From Candidatus Falkowbacteria bacterium (GTDB lineage: Bacteria; Patescibacteriota; Patescibacteriia; XYB2-FULL-38-15), in the NCBI GenBank assembly GCA_016214745.1, contig JACRNW010000001.1, positions 1,038 to 65,037 of the forward strand: 64,000 nt of DNA. The letters are read 5' to 3'. Shown one piece after another: positions 37,659 through 47,591 of this stretch. Positions within the stretch are counted from its first letter, which is position 1. Each line of letters starts with the position of its first letter. The position numbers and the translations under genes are program-made. The notes below the pieces were generated by a model. It searched no databases. It saw only the letters and a list, made by a program, of their open reading frames with translations, and had not been told where the DNA came from.

Positions 37659-37694
37659 AAAAGGACAGTCCTCGTACACAAGGACTGTCCTTTT
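37659..37694. terminator. Bidirectional intrinsic terminator
   Basis: aaaaggacagtcct cgtacaca aggactgtcctttt between convergent genes. Confidence 0.8.
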
Positions 37695-37704
37695 AGAAAC
37701 TATA

Positions 37705-38499
37705 TTATTTTTCCACGACCACCATTACCCGCGCGCCAGTTCTCATATCTGGTTCTGGCCGAGGATCCTGGTAGGCCCGCACCCCGCCCACCCAATCATG
37801 TACTGCCCAAAGCAAATCACCGTACAAATAACGATACGCTTCGCCGCGGCGCGTCCCCGGGTCATTTGTAATGAACTCGGTCTGATTATAACCGCGAATC
37901 ACGAGCATATGATAAAGCGGCCCCGGTTGTTTATAATATGGATTGCCGACGTCCCGGCCAGCCAACGGCACAATAATTAAATCTCCGGCGACTAATTTTT
38001 TCTTAATTTCCGTTTCCGTCACCATTTTATCAAGAGACGACTTGAGACCAAAATATTTGTCTAAAACTTCCACCACTTGCGCCGCGGTCAAATCAAGCGG
38101 ATAACCGTTGTCATCCTCCCATTTTACCAACTTCAAAATTTCCTCTGCCATTATGTTATTGTCCAATTTTTCATTTTTAAAATATTTCGCGACCATAATC
38201 ATTGATGCTTCCTCGCAGGCCTCCTGATATGGCATACTCCAATCTCCAAGCGGCGCCTGAGAAGCAAAAGCAACTGGCGCGAGAAAATCAGCGGGCAGGG
38301 CGGACGACGTCTGAATTGCGTTAACATTTGCCGGCGGAACTTGCGACGCGCTATTAGTGTTCGCGCTTGTATTTGTGTTTACATTATAGTTAGTCGGCTG
38401 GCTATTCTGATTATTTTGATTATTAACAATTGACGACTGTGTTCCGCAGCCGGCGCCGACGAGAAATAAAATTGCGACGATGAAAAATAAACGTTTCAT
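37705..38499 (-). CDS. Lipoprotein with C39-like cysteine peptidase domain
   Basis: Lipobox GAGC, N/Q-rich linker, FASQAP...EACEEAS, YHMLVIRGY, NDPGT. Confidence 0.82.
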   Translation of the reverse strand: MKRLFFIVAILFLVGAGCGTQSSIVNNQNNQNSQPTNYNVNTNTSANTNSASQVPPANVNAIQTSSALPADFLAPVAFASQAPLGDWSMPYQEACEEASMIMVAKYFKNEKLDNNIMAEEILKLVKWEDDNGYPLDLTAAQVVEVLDKYFGLKSSLDKMVTETEIKKKLVAGDLIIVPLAGRDVGNPYYKQPGPLYHMLVIRGYNQTEFITNDPGTRRGEAYRYLYGDLLWAVHDWVGGVRAYQDPRPEPDMRTGARVMVVVEK

Positions 38500-38550
38500 G
38501 GACTTTAATGATCTTACGTTTTAACAAATTAACCCGACCCCTCTTCCAAT

Positions 38551-40176
38551 TTACTTGCGTGATTTTAAACACGCTGAAATAAATTCTTTAAAAAGCGGGT
38601 GTGGATTTAATGGACGCGACTTGAATTCTGGATGAAATTGCACTCCGACAAAAAACGGATGATCTTTGATTTCAATAATTTCTACTAAAGAATTATTCGG
38701 CGAAGTGCCGGCAATCACAAGCCCCGCTTTTTCAAACTGCTCCCGGTAAGCGTTATTAAATTCATAGCGATGGCGATGACGCTCGGAAATATTTCTTTGG
38801 CCGTAAGCTTTATAACTCAGAGATTTCTTATTTAAAATGCAGGGATACGCGCCAAGCCGCATTGTCCCGCCATATTTTTTATTTTTGATTAGATTACCCT
38901 GCTCCTCCATAATATGGACGATTGGATTTGTTGTTTTGGGATTGATTTCCGCGGTGTTAGCGTCCGCGAGTCCGCAAATATTTCTTGCGAACTCCACCAC
39001 CGCCATCTGCATTCCGTAGCATAATCCAAAATAAGGAATTTTATTTTCCCGGCAATATTGAATTGCCTTAATTTTACCCTCAACGCCGCGTGATCCAAAA
39101 CCGCCCGGCACAATTACTCCGTCAAGTTGTTTTAAATCTTTAAGTTTAGACGGGTCTTTTTCAAACTCTTCCGAATTCAACCAAGTCAAAACTGGTTTAC
39201 AATTATGCGCCCAAGCCGCATGTTTGATTGCTTCAATCACGGAAATATAGGCGTCGGACAAAACAAAATTTCCGGTGGTAAAATATTTTCCGACAATGCC
39301 GACGCGCACTTCGCCCTTGGCTGTTTTTATTGTCTTAATGAGCTTCTTCCAATCAGCCAAATCTTTCTGCCGCGCGCGCATATAAAATTTAGAAAGAATT
39401 CTCTGACCTAGCTGCTCTTTTTCAAAGTTGAGCGGCACTTCATAAATTGTATCAATATCCGGCGCGGAAATAACATCGCGTTTGTCCACGTTACAAAAAA
39501 TTGAAATTTTTCTTTTTCTCGGTTCGTCAAGCGGCTGTTCGGCGCGGCACAAAATAAAATCCGGCTGAATTCCCGCGGCGTTTAAAAGCTGAGCTGCCTG
39601 CTGAGTCGGTTTGGTTTTCATTTCTCCGATTTTTGACGGAATCGGCAAATAACTAACTAAAACAAAAAGGACGTCGTCCGGACGCCGCTGATGAAGCATT
39701 CTCGCCGCTTCCAAAAATAAAACATTTTGATATTCGCCGACCGTGCCGCCGACTTCCACGATGACAAAATCCGCCTTGGCAATTTTTCCCGCCCGCCGGA
39801 TTCTTCTGATGACTTCTTCCGGAACGTGCGGCACAACTTCCACGCATCGGCCGCCGTACTCCAAGTTTCTTTCTTTTTGAATAACCGTCTGGTAAACCCG
39901 GCCAGTTGTCATGTAGTTGTCGGAATAAATATTTTCGTTCAAAAAACGTTCATAATTTCCAATGTCCTGATCTGTCTCATCGCCGTCTTCGGTGACAAAA
40001 ACTTCACCGTGCTCAACCGGGTTCATTGTCCCGGCGTCAATATTAATGTAAGGATCAATTTTTACCGCCGTCACGCGGAAGCCCTTACCTTGTAAAATTT
40101 TCCCGATGGAGGCCGAAGCTGTCCCCTTGCCGACTCCGGACATCACGCCGCCAACCACAAAAATAAATTTAGGCAT
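38551..40176 (-). CDS. pyrG: CTP synthase
   Basis: GGVMSGVGKG, DPYINIDAGTMNP, KTKPTQ, GLCYGMQ, ERHRHRYE, QFHPEF. Confidence 0.97.
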   Translation of the reverse strand: MPKFIFVVGGVMSGVGKGTASASIGKILQGKGFRVTAVKIDPYINIDAGTMNPVEHGEVFVTEDGDETDQDIGNYERFLNENIYSDNYMTTGRVYQTVIQKERNLEYGGRCVEVVPHVPEEVIRRIRRAGKIAKADFVIVEVGGTVGEYQNVLFLEAARMLHQRRPDDVLFVLVSYLPIPSKIGEMKTKPTQQAAQLLNAAGIQPDFILCRAEQPLDEPRKRKISIFCNVDKRDVISAPDIDTIYEVPLNFEKEQLGQRILSKFYMRARQKDLADWKKLIKTIKTAKGEVRVGIVGKYFTTGNFVLSDAYISVIEAIKHAAWAHNCKPVLTWLNSEEFEKDPSKLKDLKQLDGVIVPGGFGSRGVEGKIKAIQYCRENKIPYFGLCYGMQMAVVEFARNICGLADANTAEINPKTTNPIVHIMEEQGNLIKNKKYGGTMRLGAYPCILNKKSLSYKAYGQRNISERHRHRYEFNNAYREQFEKAGLVIAGTSPNNSLVEIIEIKDHPFFVGVQFHPEFKSRPLNPHPLFKEFISACLKSRK

Positions 40177-40190
40177 AAATATCAAAACAA

Positions 40191-40278
40191 TTAATTACCT
40201 AATTACAATAAATTACTTAATTACACTTTTTTCTAAAAAGCAACGAGGTAACTGGGCAACTAGGTAATTAAGTAACTC
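40191..40278. repeat. Inverted array of TAATTAC-type units
   Basis: ttaattacctaattacaataaattacttaattac...ggtaactgggcaactaggtaattaagtaact; same family as 2093-2167. Confidence 0.7.
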
Positions 40279-40282
40279 AAAA

Positions 40283-40729
40283 TTATTTCTCTTCTACTAC
40301 CCTCACCAAAATCTTCACATCCAGTCCCTGACCTAATTTTACCATAACTTCGTGTCCACCAACATCCTTAATCGATTTTTCTAATTTTATCTGGTCCTTA
40401 TCTATTTCAAAACCTTTTTTCGCGAGTTCAATCGCTATTTCCGAAACACCGATGGATCCGTAAAGTTTTCCGCCTTCACCAACCTTGGCCGCGATTTTAA
40501 TTTCCACGCCGGAAAGTTCTTTAGCTAATTTTTTTAATCGTTTCTCCTCGTGTGCCGCTTTTTCCGCCGCCGCCTTCTTCTCCATCTCAACTTTTGTCAC
40601 CGCTCCGGCCGTGGCGAGCCGCGCTAAACCCTTCGGAATTAAAAAATTCCGGGCGTAACCCTCGGCCACCTCTTTTGTCTCCCCCGCCCGTCCGACTTTA
40701 TCCACATTTTTAAGAAGAATAACTTTCAT
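40283..40729 (-). CDS. rplI: 50S ribosomal protein L9
   Basis: [23 protein letters not shown]. Confidence 0.97.
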   Translation of the reverse strand: MKVILLKNVDKVGRAGETKEVAEGYARNFLIPKGLARLATAGAVTKVEMEKKAAAEKAAHEEKRLKKLAKELSGVEIKIAAKVGEGGKLYGSIGVSEIAIELAKKGFEIDKDQIKLEKSIKDVGGHEVMVKLGQGLDVKILVRVVEEK

Positions 40730-40750
40730 ATCAGTTTATTATAGCACAAA

Positions 40751-41713
40751 TTATAAAGTAGTAATTGGCCTGGACTGGACGATGTAAAATTTCCTTTTTT
40801 CCAGTGCCCATTCAATATCGCAAGGAAATTTATAATGCTTTTCAATCGCCGCGCAGATTTTTGCGAGATCAACAATTTGCCGGCCGTCCAGTTTCTGGCG
40901 GTTCCGCAACTTTCCCGGCACTGGTTTCCTAAAAACCCCGGCAGGGCCTTTCCTTGTCCGCATCATTTCCTGCTCGCTTACATTTATGTCTAAAATTTCC
41001 CAATGCCTTTTGTCTAAAACATATGCATCCGGCGTTACTTCCCCGCCGACAAGCGACTCCCCAAGCCCAAAACAGGCTTCAATTATCATCTGATTTTTAT
41101 CACGCGTCACGGGATGGACCGTAAAACAAACGCCAGCCACTTCCGATTGCACCATTTTTTGCACCACGACCGCCACAGAAACGTGCGACCGGCGCAAACC
41201 TTTTTCATTACGGTAAAAAATCGCCCGCTCCGTAAAAAGCGACGACCAACATTTTTTTACCATGCCTAATAAATTTTGCCGCGTCACATTTAAATATGAT
41301 TCCAACTCTCCGGCCCAGGAAGCCTGCGAAGAATCCTCGGCCGTTGCCGAAGAACGAACCGCCACAAGCAAATATTTTGACGCCGCAGTTTTGGCCAAAA
41401 CGTCGTAGGCAGACAAAATTTCTTTTTGCAAATCAATTGGCATTCGCGCGTCATGGATCAAATCACGAATTTTTAGCGAGGCCTGATCAACCGAATTTAC
41501 ATCTTTATAATTTATTTTATCCAAAGCCGCTTCAATTTCCACTCCCAAATCCGTTTCTTTCAAAAATCTTTCAAACGATTGGGCTGTTACCACAAATCCG
41601 GGCGGCACATTAATTTTTGCGCTGGTCATTTCTCCGAGCGACGCTCCTTTTCCCCCGGCTAATTTCACGTCTTTTTTAGAAATTTTTGAGAATGGCAAAA
41701 TAAATTCTTTCAT
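40751..41713 (-). CDS. Stand-alone PEP/pyruvate-binding ATP-grasp domain (PPDK_N / PEP synthase N-terminus)
   Basis: GGKGASLGEM, VPPGF, AVRSSATAED, VVVQKMV, GLGESLVGGEVTPD, DIEWA; ends at VQSRPITTL with no His or pyruvate domain. Confidence 0.93.
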   Translation of the reverse strand: MKEFILPFSKISKKDVKLAGGKGASLGEMTSAKINVPPGFVVTAQSFERFLKETDLGVEIEAALDKINYKDVNSVDQASLKIRDLIHDARMPIDLQKEILSAYDVLAKTAASKYLLVAVRSSATAEDSSQASWAGELESYLNVTRQNLLGMVKKCWSSLFTERAIFYRNEKGLRRSHVSVAVVVQKMVQSEVAGVCFTVHPVTRDKNQMIIEACFGLGESLVGGEVTPDAYVLDKRHWEILDINVSEQEMMRTRKGPAGVFRKPVPGKLRNRQKLDGRQIVDLAKICAAIEKHYKFPCDIEWALEKRKFYIVQSRPITTL

Positions 41714-41723
41714 ATAATTTAAA

Positions 41724-43340
41724 TTATTTAATAATTTTTACCACGCCGTGATTGGCGTCCACCTCTACTATATCGCCATCTTTTAAAACCTTTGTCGCGA
41801 TTTTGGTGCCGATGACACAGGGAATACGAAGTTCGCGAGCCACAATTGCCGCATGAGAAGTTACCCCACCCTGCTCCGTAACAATAGCTGCGGCTTTTTT
41901 CATGGCTGATACTAAATCTGGATTAGTGGCGATAGAAACTAAAATATCGCCCTTCCGCATCTTTTCCATGTCTTCGGGATTGATAACAATTCTCACCGCA
42001 CCCTTCGCTTTTCCTACACAACCACACTGACCTTTTATTTCGCTGACTTCTTCTGCCCCTTTTTCCCGAACTGATTCCGCTAACCTTTTTGCCTTCTCGC
42101 CCGTAAAGACCACGTCTCTCTCCTTTTCGGCGTAATAAACGCAAAGTTTTGTCCGCTTCTTAATTTCTTTTTTATCAAGTCTACTTTTCAAAAGAGCTGC
42201 CCCAACTTCCTGCGGCAGCATAAATTTTACTTGCATCAAACTCAAACCCAGTCTTCTTCCGATCTCCCGTAAAATCGCTTCCATTTGATAAATAGCAAAT
42301 ATCTGCGCATAACGGCGGTATATTTTTGTAATCATAAAATTGCCAAAAGCATCAAAAATTTTTCTCCAGCCGCCTTTGATTTTCAATTTTTTAATCAATG
42401 CATTTCTTTTTCGAACGCCCACTTTAAACTCCTGCTGCATTTCTTGATATTTCTTTTCCAAATCACCTGATACCACAAGCCTCACCAATTCTTTCAGATA
42501 ATGATCAAAACTGTAAATCCCCTGCTTTTCAGTAAAAAGATATCTCATGTAAAAATACTTAAGATAATGTTTTTCTAAAAGTTTATAAATTTCCGGACCA
42601 ATTCTTTCTTTGATTTTTCCCGCTTCTTGCTCAAACAGTTCTTCATATTTTTTTGAATGGGTTTTAAAACCGTACTTTGTTACCTCCCCCTCTTTAAACT
42701 TTTTAAATAATTCCAGAAATAATTTGAGCTGATTTTTGTCTTGTTGAACTTTTTGACCAATTTTCAAAAGTTCCTCTTGTTCAACTTGAATAAGAGATTT
42801 TTGGATTGGCTGAGTAAGAATGACTAGATGTTCATTTATTTTTTCTTCGGAAATTCCAGCGTCTCGCAGATGCTCTTTTAATCGATTAGTCAGATTATTG
42901 TGAAACATGTCAGCAGCAACCGGAATCCATCCCCAACAATAATAGTCAGTGTGAATTTGGTCATGCTTATTGTAAAATTTCCACAACTCTCGTTTAGACA
43001 ATTGCGATAAATTATCTTGTGGCAAAGTATTGGCGTAATTTCTTAACTTATCTGACCAGATTATAATCTCTTTGTTGACCCGCTCGGCGAACTTTGGATT
43101 TTTAATAAATTTTTGGACTATATTCTCACCAACCTCAAAGGAATCATTTTCCCCGTAATAAAACCAAAGATGATAACCGCGATAAATACAAATAATTTTT
43201 TTATAAGCACGACCAGTGAATCTCTTAAATTCATTAACAAAATTTGAAAGCCAGATCTGAGAAAATAAAAAATCGCAATTTGGAATCTCTTCCCCCAACA
43301 TCCACAAGTCTTTGTCATTTAAATATTTCAGCTTTTTCAT
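41724..43340 (-). CDS. Phospho-His swivel domain protein, paralog 1
   Basis: ~430-aa helical N-domain plus [38 protein letters not shown]. Confidence 0.88.
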   Translation of the reverse strand: MKKLKYLNDKDLWMLGEEIPNCDFLFSQIWLSNFVNEFKRFTGRAYKKIICIYRGYHLWFYYGENDSFEVGENIVQKFIKNPKFAERVNKEIIIWSDKLRNYANTLPQDNLSQLSKRELWKFYNKHDQIHTDYYCWGWIPVAADMFHNNLTNRLKEHLRDAGISEEKINEHLVILTQPIQKSLIQVEQEELLKIGQKVQQDKNQLKLFLELFKKFKEGEVTKYGFKTHSKKYEELFEQEAGKIKERIGPEIYKLLEKHYLKYFYMRYLFTEKQGIYSFDHYLKELVRLVVSGDLEKKYQEMQQEFKVGVRKRNALIKKLKIKGGWRKIFDAFGNFMITKIYRRYAQIFAIYQMEAILREIGRRLGLSLMQVKFMLPQEVGAALLKSRLDKKEIKKRTKLCVYYAEKERDVVFTGEKAKRLAESVREKGAEEVSEIKGQCGCVGKAKGAVRIVINPEDMEKMRKGDILVSIATNPDLVSAMKKAAAIVTEQGGVTSHAAIVARELRIPCVIGTKIATKVLKDGDIVEVDANHGVVKIIK

Positions 43341-44839
43341 ATTTTTAATTGTTTCACAACTTTTATTACTCCTTTTGTAGCGTCGACTTCCACTAAATCT
43401 CCATCTTTTAAAACTTTAGTTGCGATTTTGGTGCCAATGACGCAAGGAATTCCCAACTCGCGGGAAATAATGGCGGCATGGGAAGTTATACCGCCCTCGT
43501 CCGTAACAATAGCCGCGGCTTTTTTCATCAAAGGCACATATTCCGGCCTCGTCATGCCGGCTACTAAAATTTCTCCTTTTTCAAGCTTAGCGCCTTTTGG
43601 ATTTAATACTACACGCACCCGCCCCCGAACTTTTCCTCCGGAAGCCGCTGAACCCTTCAATATATTATCTTTGATTTGAATATTTTGAGCAATGATCTTT
43701 TCGGCAAACTTTAAATATTTTTTTCCAGACAAAATTATTCTTTCTCCGTCGTCTTTGTTAATTGATATAAATAACTTTTGGCGCCGTTTTATTTCTTCTT
43801 TGTCATATTGACCATTGGATTTTAAAAATTCAATAAACTCCGGCGCAATCATAAAATGTAAATCAACAAAGGGGACGTTAAACTTTTTGGCTGCTAATTC
43901 CATAATTGTACCGACGGCGTAATTCATATATAAGCCGGTTTTCTTTCTAGCATCTTGCCAAAAACTGGCCACGGCAAACATTTCTAAAAATTGTGCGTCT
44001 TTTTTTAATATTAAATATTTTTTAATCAATTCCCGTTTTTTAGATTTAATATTTTGTTCGTAGTTTTCCAATTTTTCTATTTCTCCCTTGATCTCCCGCC
44101 GAGATTTACCCCTAGTAAGTTCTTGGGCACTTCGCCAAAATTCCCTTTCGCTCACATTTTTATGTTCATAATAACCATTCTCTATCCAAAAATATTTCTT
44201 TTGATGAGATTGAATTAATTGTTTTATTTCTCGAGAAGCCGATCCGTAAGATTTGATTAATTGATCTTTGGCTTTCAGCGCAATGCGCATCAAACCAAGA
44301 TTATTTTCCGCCGAGAAACTCAAACGAGGCTCTTTTAATAATTTAAACAAATCATCGCCGGAAATTTTATATTTATTCTTTATTCCATTTATGTCCTCTT
44401 CGCCAATCATTGATGGCGCTTCAGGTATTGTGGCTCGCCCAAATTCGTAATGAAATTTTTCGGTAATCAATCTATATGATTCCAACAATGGCAGAAAATT
44501 GTTTCTTGCTCTTTGCTGGACAAGGTCAATAAATTCTTTCGCTTCTTTCTGCCAAATGTCAAAATGGTCTTGCACTTTTTTAATATTTTTCTTAAACCAT
44601 TTATAATTCTTAGCCAATTCCGCCTTGTCAAGCACCCAATGAGCTTTCCTGCCGCCATCAAAAATCACACTAAATAAAAATGTATTCATTGAAAACCCAA
44701 GCGTGTCTTTGCTACCGGCACACCAGGCCTCCTCCGCGAGATCATCAAAATGCGGACGCAAAACCGGACCATAAATAGATTTATCCTTTATTGCCTTCAA
44801 TTTTTCTTCCAATATTTGTAATTTTTCCCGGTCATCCAT
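43337..44839 (-). CDS. Phospho-His swivel domain protein, paralog 2
   Basis: C-terminal [26 protein letters not shown]. Confidence 0.88.
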   Translation of the reverse strand: MDDREKLQILEEKLKAIKDKSIYGPVLRPHFDDLAEEAWCAGSKDTLGFSMNTFLFSVIFDGGRKAHWVLDKAELAKNYKWFKKNIKKVQDHFDIWQKEAKEFIDLVQQRARNNFLPLLESYRLITEKFHYEFGRATIPEAPSMIGEEDINGIKNKYKISGDDLFKLLKEPRLSFSAENNLGLMRIALKAKDQLIKSYGSASREIKQLIQSHQKKYFWIENGYYEHKNVSEREFWRSAQELTRGKSRREIKGEIEKLENYEQNIKSKKRELIKKYLILKKDAQFLEMFAVASFWQDARKKTGLYMNYAVGTIMELAAKKFNVPFVDLHFMIAPEFIEFLKSNGQYDKEEIKRRQKLFISINKDDGERIILSGKKYLKFAEKIIAQNIQIKDNILKGSAASGGKVRGRVRVVLNPKGAKLEKGEILVAGMTRPEYVPLMKKAAAIVTDEGGITSHAAIISRELGIPCVIGTKIATKVLKDGDLVEVDATKGVIKVVKQLKI

Positions 44840-44923
44840 ATATTTATTTTTTGTTCATGTTTCTTTTTCAGTCTCCTTGTCCAATCTAATCGCGTCGCAA
44901 TAATGCGCAGACACCGCACCCAT

Positions 44924-44952
44924 TTGACAAAATTTTCAAAATAGATTATACT
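44924..44952 (+). promoter_or_regulatory. Near-consensus sigma70 promoter
   Basis: TTGACA-17 bp-TATACT. Confidence 0.7.
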
Positions 44953-44958
44953 ATATTG

Positions 44959-45112
44959 TTTGGTAAAGGTGAAAAATTGTCTGATTCTAGACAATTTTTC
45001 CCATACTAAATTGCACTTTGATAGTGGGCAAAAATTGTTTGGAGACGCTCTATTTATCTCGGTTGAGGTAACGAGAGCGTCTTCAAACAACCGCCCCGAG
45101 GGGGCAAGGAGG
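44959..45112 (+). promoter_or_regulatory. Structured 5' leader (3-4 hairpins) ahead of the histidine phosphatase
   Basis: 12-bp stem 44971-45000, 16-bp stem 45035-45090, GCCCC/GGGGC stem next to the AAGGAGG SD. Confidence 0.5.
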
Positions 45113-45118
45113 AGATCA

Positions 45119-45727
45119 ATGCCCGCAACGATCGTCGTGGTTCGCCATCCCGAGAAGGACGGAGACAAGATCACCCCGCACGGCGCAGAGCAGGCCTTTG
45201 CGGCGGCGCTGGCGCTCGGCGAACGGTTCAAGAACTTCGAAGGGTTCGACCGGCTCATCCACTCCGGCGCGCACCGCGCCTGGCAAGCGCTCCGCGTCAT
45301 GGCCGCGGCCCTGGGTCTGAAACTCCCGGACGAAGAGCGCTCCTTCTTGAACTTCACGGCCACACTCACGCAGACGCTCGGCAGCTCCGACGCGTTCTAC
45401 GCCGAAGTGGCCAAGATGAAGGCGGCGGAAGGAACGGACCGGCTGACGCTCGCCATGGCGCTCCGCCACAGCGAGTTCGCTCGCCAAGGCCGCCAGATCA
45501 TGATCAATGGTCTCCTCGGTCTTGCCTGTGACATGGCGATGAGGGGCCAGGCGACGGCACTCACCGTTTCCCATTCGCCCTGGCTCGAACTGGCGTCCTT
45601 CGACACCGAGAACACGCCCTACGGCATCGGCGAAAGCGATGCCGTGATCTACGTCGTGGCGGGCGACGAAATCCTCGTCGGGAGCGAACTCGTCCGAGCC
45701 CCGCTCCCCGGCAAGCCGCTTTTCTAG
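45119..45727 (+). CDS. Histidine phosphatase superfamily protein, high-GC
   Basis: IVVVRHPEKDGDKITPHGAEQA (RH motif), HSGAHRAWQA, TVSHSP; SD AAGGAGGAG before ATG 45119. Confidence 0.75.
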   Translation: MPATIVVVRHPEKDGDKITPHGAEQAFAAALALGERFKNFEGFDRLIHSGAHRAWQALRVMAAALGLKLPDEERSFLNFTATLTQTLGSSDAFYAEVAKMKAAEGTDRLTLAMALRHSEFARQGRQIMINGLLGLACDMAMRGQATALTVSHSPWLELASFDTENTPYGIGESDAVIYVVAGDEILVGSELVRAPLPGKPLF

Positions 45728-45796
45728 CCTACCTCACCTTTCCCACCGAAGTGCATCTCCCACGCCCGGTCTCCTGACTGGGCGTTCTTTTTTTAT

Positions 45797-46051
45797 TTAC
45801 CCTGTTAAATAAGATTTGAGCCGATTCCTTAAAAATAACTTGCCGAGATAGGTCTTTAAATACTTTTCTCTATGGGTGGCATCTTGTTGATTCAAACAAG
45901 CCTCATAATATATTAAAACTAATGGCCCTCTGTCTTTAGTAGATTCAACTTTCCTTTTTTGATGAAGCTCAAATCTTGATTTTAAATCTTTGGTATAACC
46001 TGTGTAGAATTTTTTATCCTTTAAGGACATCAAAACATATACGTAATGCAT
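45797..46051 (-). CDS. Small GIY-YIG nuclease inside 16-bp inverted repeats
   Basis: YVYVL..FYTGYTKDLKSR..H, LIYYEA, REKYLK; IRs at 45795-45810 and 46064-46079. Confidence 0.92.
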   Translation of the reverse strand: MHYVYVLMSLKDKKFYTGYTKDLKSRFELHQKRKVESTKDRGPLVLIYYEACLNQQDATHREKYLKTYLGKLFLRNRLKSYLTG

Positions 46052-46061
46052 AGATTTAAAA

Positions 46062-47576
46062 TCATTTAACGGGGTGAATTTTTTTAACTACTCCTTTTGT
46101 CGCGTATACTTCAACTAAATCTCCATCCTTCAAAACCTTCGTCGCGATTTTTGTTCCGATGACGCAAGGTTTTTTCATTTCTCGGGCGACAATGGCCGCG
46201 TGGCACATAATGCCGCCTTCGTCAGTGACAATAGCCGCAGCTTTGCGAATGGCGGGCATTAAGTTTGGGCTAGTGGCGGCGGAAACCAAAATATCTTTTT
46301 CATTCATTTTTTTTATTTCTTCGGGAGTATTTATCAACTTCACCTTTCCCCTTGCCTTACCCTTAAAGGCGACTGCCCCAGTAATTTCCTTCACCGCTTT
46401 TATCTCTTTCTCTTTCCCGGCATTCTCGTGAAAAAAATCTTGCGCCTGTTTACCGGTCAGACAAAGTTTTCTTCCGCCCTTTCTCCCGTAAACAACTAAT
46501 TTAATTCGTTCGTTAATAACGCCAGAATTAATTTTCCCCCTAAGCAATGCCTCTTCCATTTCTTCCGGCAACATCATCCTGACTTGTTTCAAACTTAGAC
46601 GTAAACGTTTTGCAATTTCTTTTAGTAAAAATTCTGCGTGATAGTATGACCAGGTTTGTAATTCGCGGCGATAAGGTTTGAAAAAGACCAAATCCCTGGC
46701 TAACTCAATGATATTCCGCTCGTAATCGTTGGCTTTAATTTGTTTTAATATTTTCTTTTGCTGTGATCTAATATCTGATTTACTCTTTTTGTGTTCTGCT
46801 ATTTCCTTGGAGGGATTTATTTCCCGACGAATAAAATCTTTGATTATATCAAGAAAATAAATATGATCTGCCGCCGGTCCCTCGTAAACGTAATGCACCC
46901 AAGCGTATCTTTGGGTATGATTATCCACCAACCGCCAAACTTTTTTATTATTCTCCCTAATATATTTTACTAATTCTTGTGAATCTAAAACTTTAAATTT
47001 CTTTTCCAAATTTTTATATTTTTTAATTTGAATCAAAACTTTCAAGAGATCCAACTCCTGCTGTTTATTAAAGGTTTCACGCAAGGGCGTAGTCAGTTCT
47101 CCAAAATATTTTTCCGCTTTTTTATTTTTAAGAATTCTATTTAATTCATCCGATAAAAAAGTCGTGTTTTGATAATCCAAGAGGGGAGAAATTAAACCAT
47201 ACGCATACACTTCTTGATTTGATAACACATAATGCTGATAATAATTGTTCAAAACTCTATTACTCTTTCCTTTTAAATTACTTTTAAAAATTTTCGTAAA
47301 AGATGCCTGTTCCAAACCAAGTTTTTCCATTTGCGAAAAAATATTTCTCAAAAAATTTTGATTTTTCTTAATTAGTTTTACAATTGCAAAATGTGCCGCG
47401 CCCCAATTACTCGGCAGATGATAATACTCAATCGCGTTATTCTCAATTTTGAAAAAAAGGTCCCCCGACTTCCCTATTATCTTTTTTATATTTTTGCTGA
47501 ACGCTTCTACCATCGTGAATATGGGAAATAGAGAAACAACATATTCATTGGCTATCTTTTGCCATTTTTCTTTCAT
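46062..47576 (-). CDS. Phospho-His swivel domain protein, paralog 3
   Basis: C-terminal [26 protein letters not shown]. Confidence 0.88.
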   Translation of the reverse strand: MKEKWQKIANEYVVSLFPIFTMVEAFSKNIKKIIGKSGDLFFKIENNAIEYYHLPSNWGAAHFAIVKLIKKNQNFLRNIFSQMEKLGLEQASFTKIFKSNLKGKSNRVLNNYYQHYVLSNQEVYAYGLISPLLDYQNTTFLSDELNRILKNKKAEKYFGELTTPLRETFNKQQELDLLKVLIQIKKYKNLEKKFKVLDSQELVKYIRENNKKVWRLVDNHTQRYAWVHYVYEGPAADHIYFLDIIKDFIRREINPSKEIAEHKKSKSDIRSQQKKILKQIKANDYERNIIELARDLVFFKPYRRELQTWSYYHAEFLLKEIAKRLRLSLKQVRMMLPEEMEEALLRGKINSGVINERIKLVVYGRKGGRKLCLTGKQAQDFFHENAGKEKEIKAVKEITGAVAFKGKARGKVKLINTPEEIKKMNEKDILVSAATSPNLMPAIRKAAAIVTDEGGIMCHAAIVAREMKKPCVIGTKIATKVLKDGDLVEVYATKGVVKKIHPVK

Positions 47577-47591
47577 ATTTTTACTATTAAT

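Noticed and set aside
40751-43340. PEP synthase (ppsA) broken by a stop or frameshift
   Set aside because: Gene order is reversed, both ORFs have clean ends, and no pyruvate-binding domain exists.
44855-44923. 22-codon ORF MGAVSAHYCDAIRLDKETEKET upstream of paralog 2
   Set aside because: Could be a remnant of a truncated gene, but is too short to support.
44960-45118. 53-aa N-terminal extension of the phosphatase in the ORF track
   Set aside because: A strong SD, a composition shift and the RH motif place the start at 45119.
46100-46112. EVYATKG instead of EVDATKG in paralog 3
   Set aside because: A single substitution away from the catalytic His; cannot be told from a neutral change or sequencing error.
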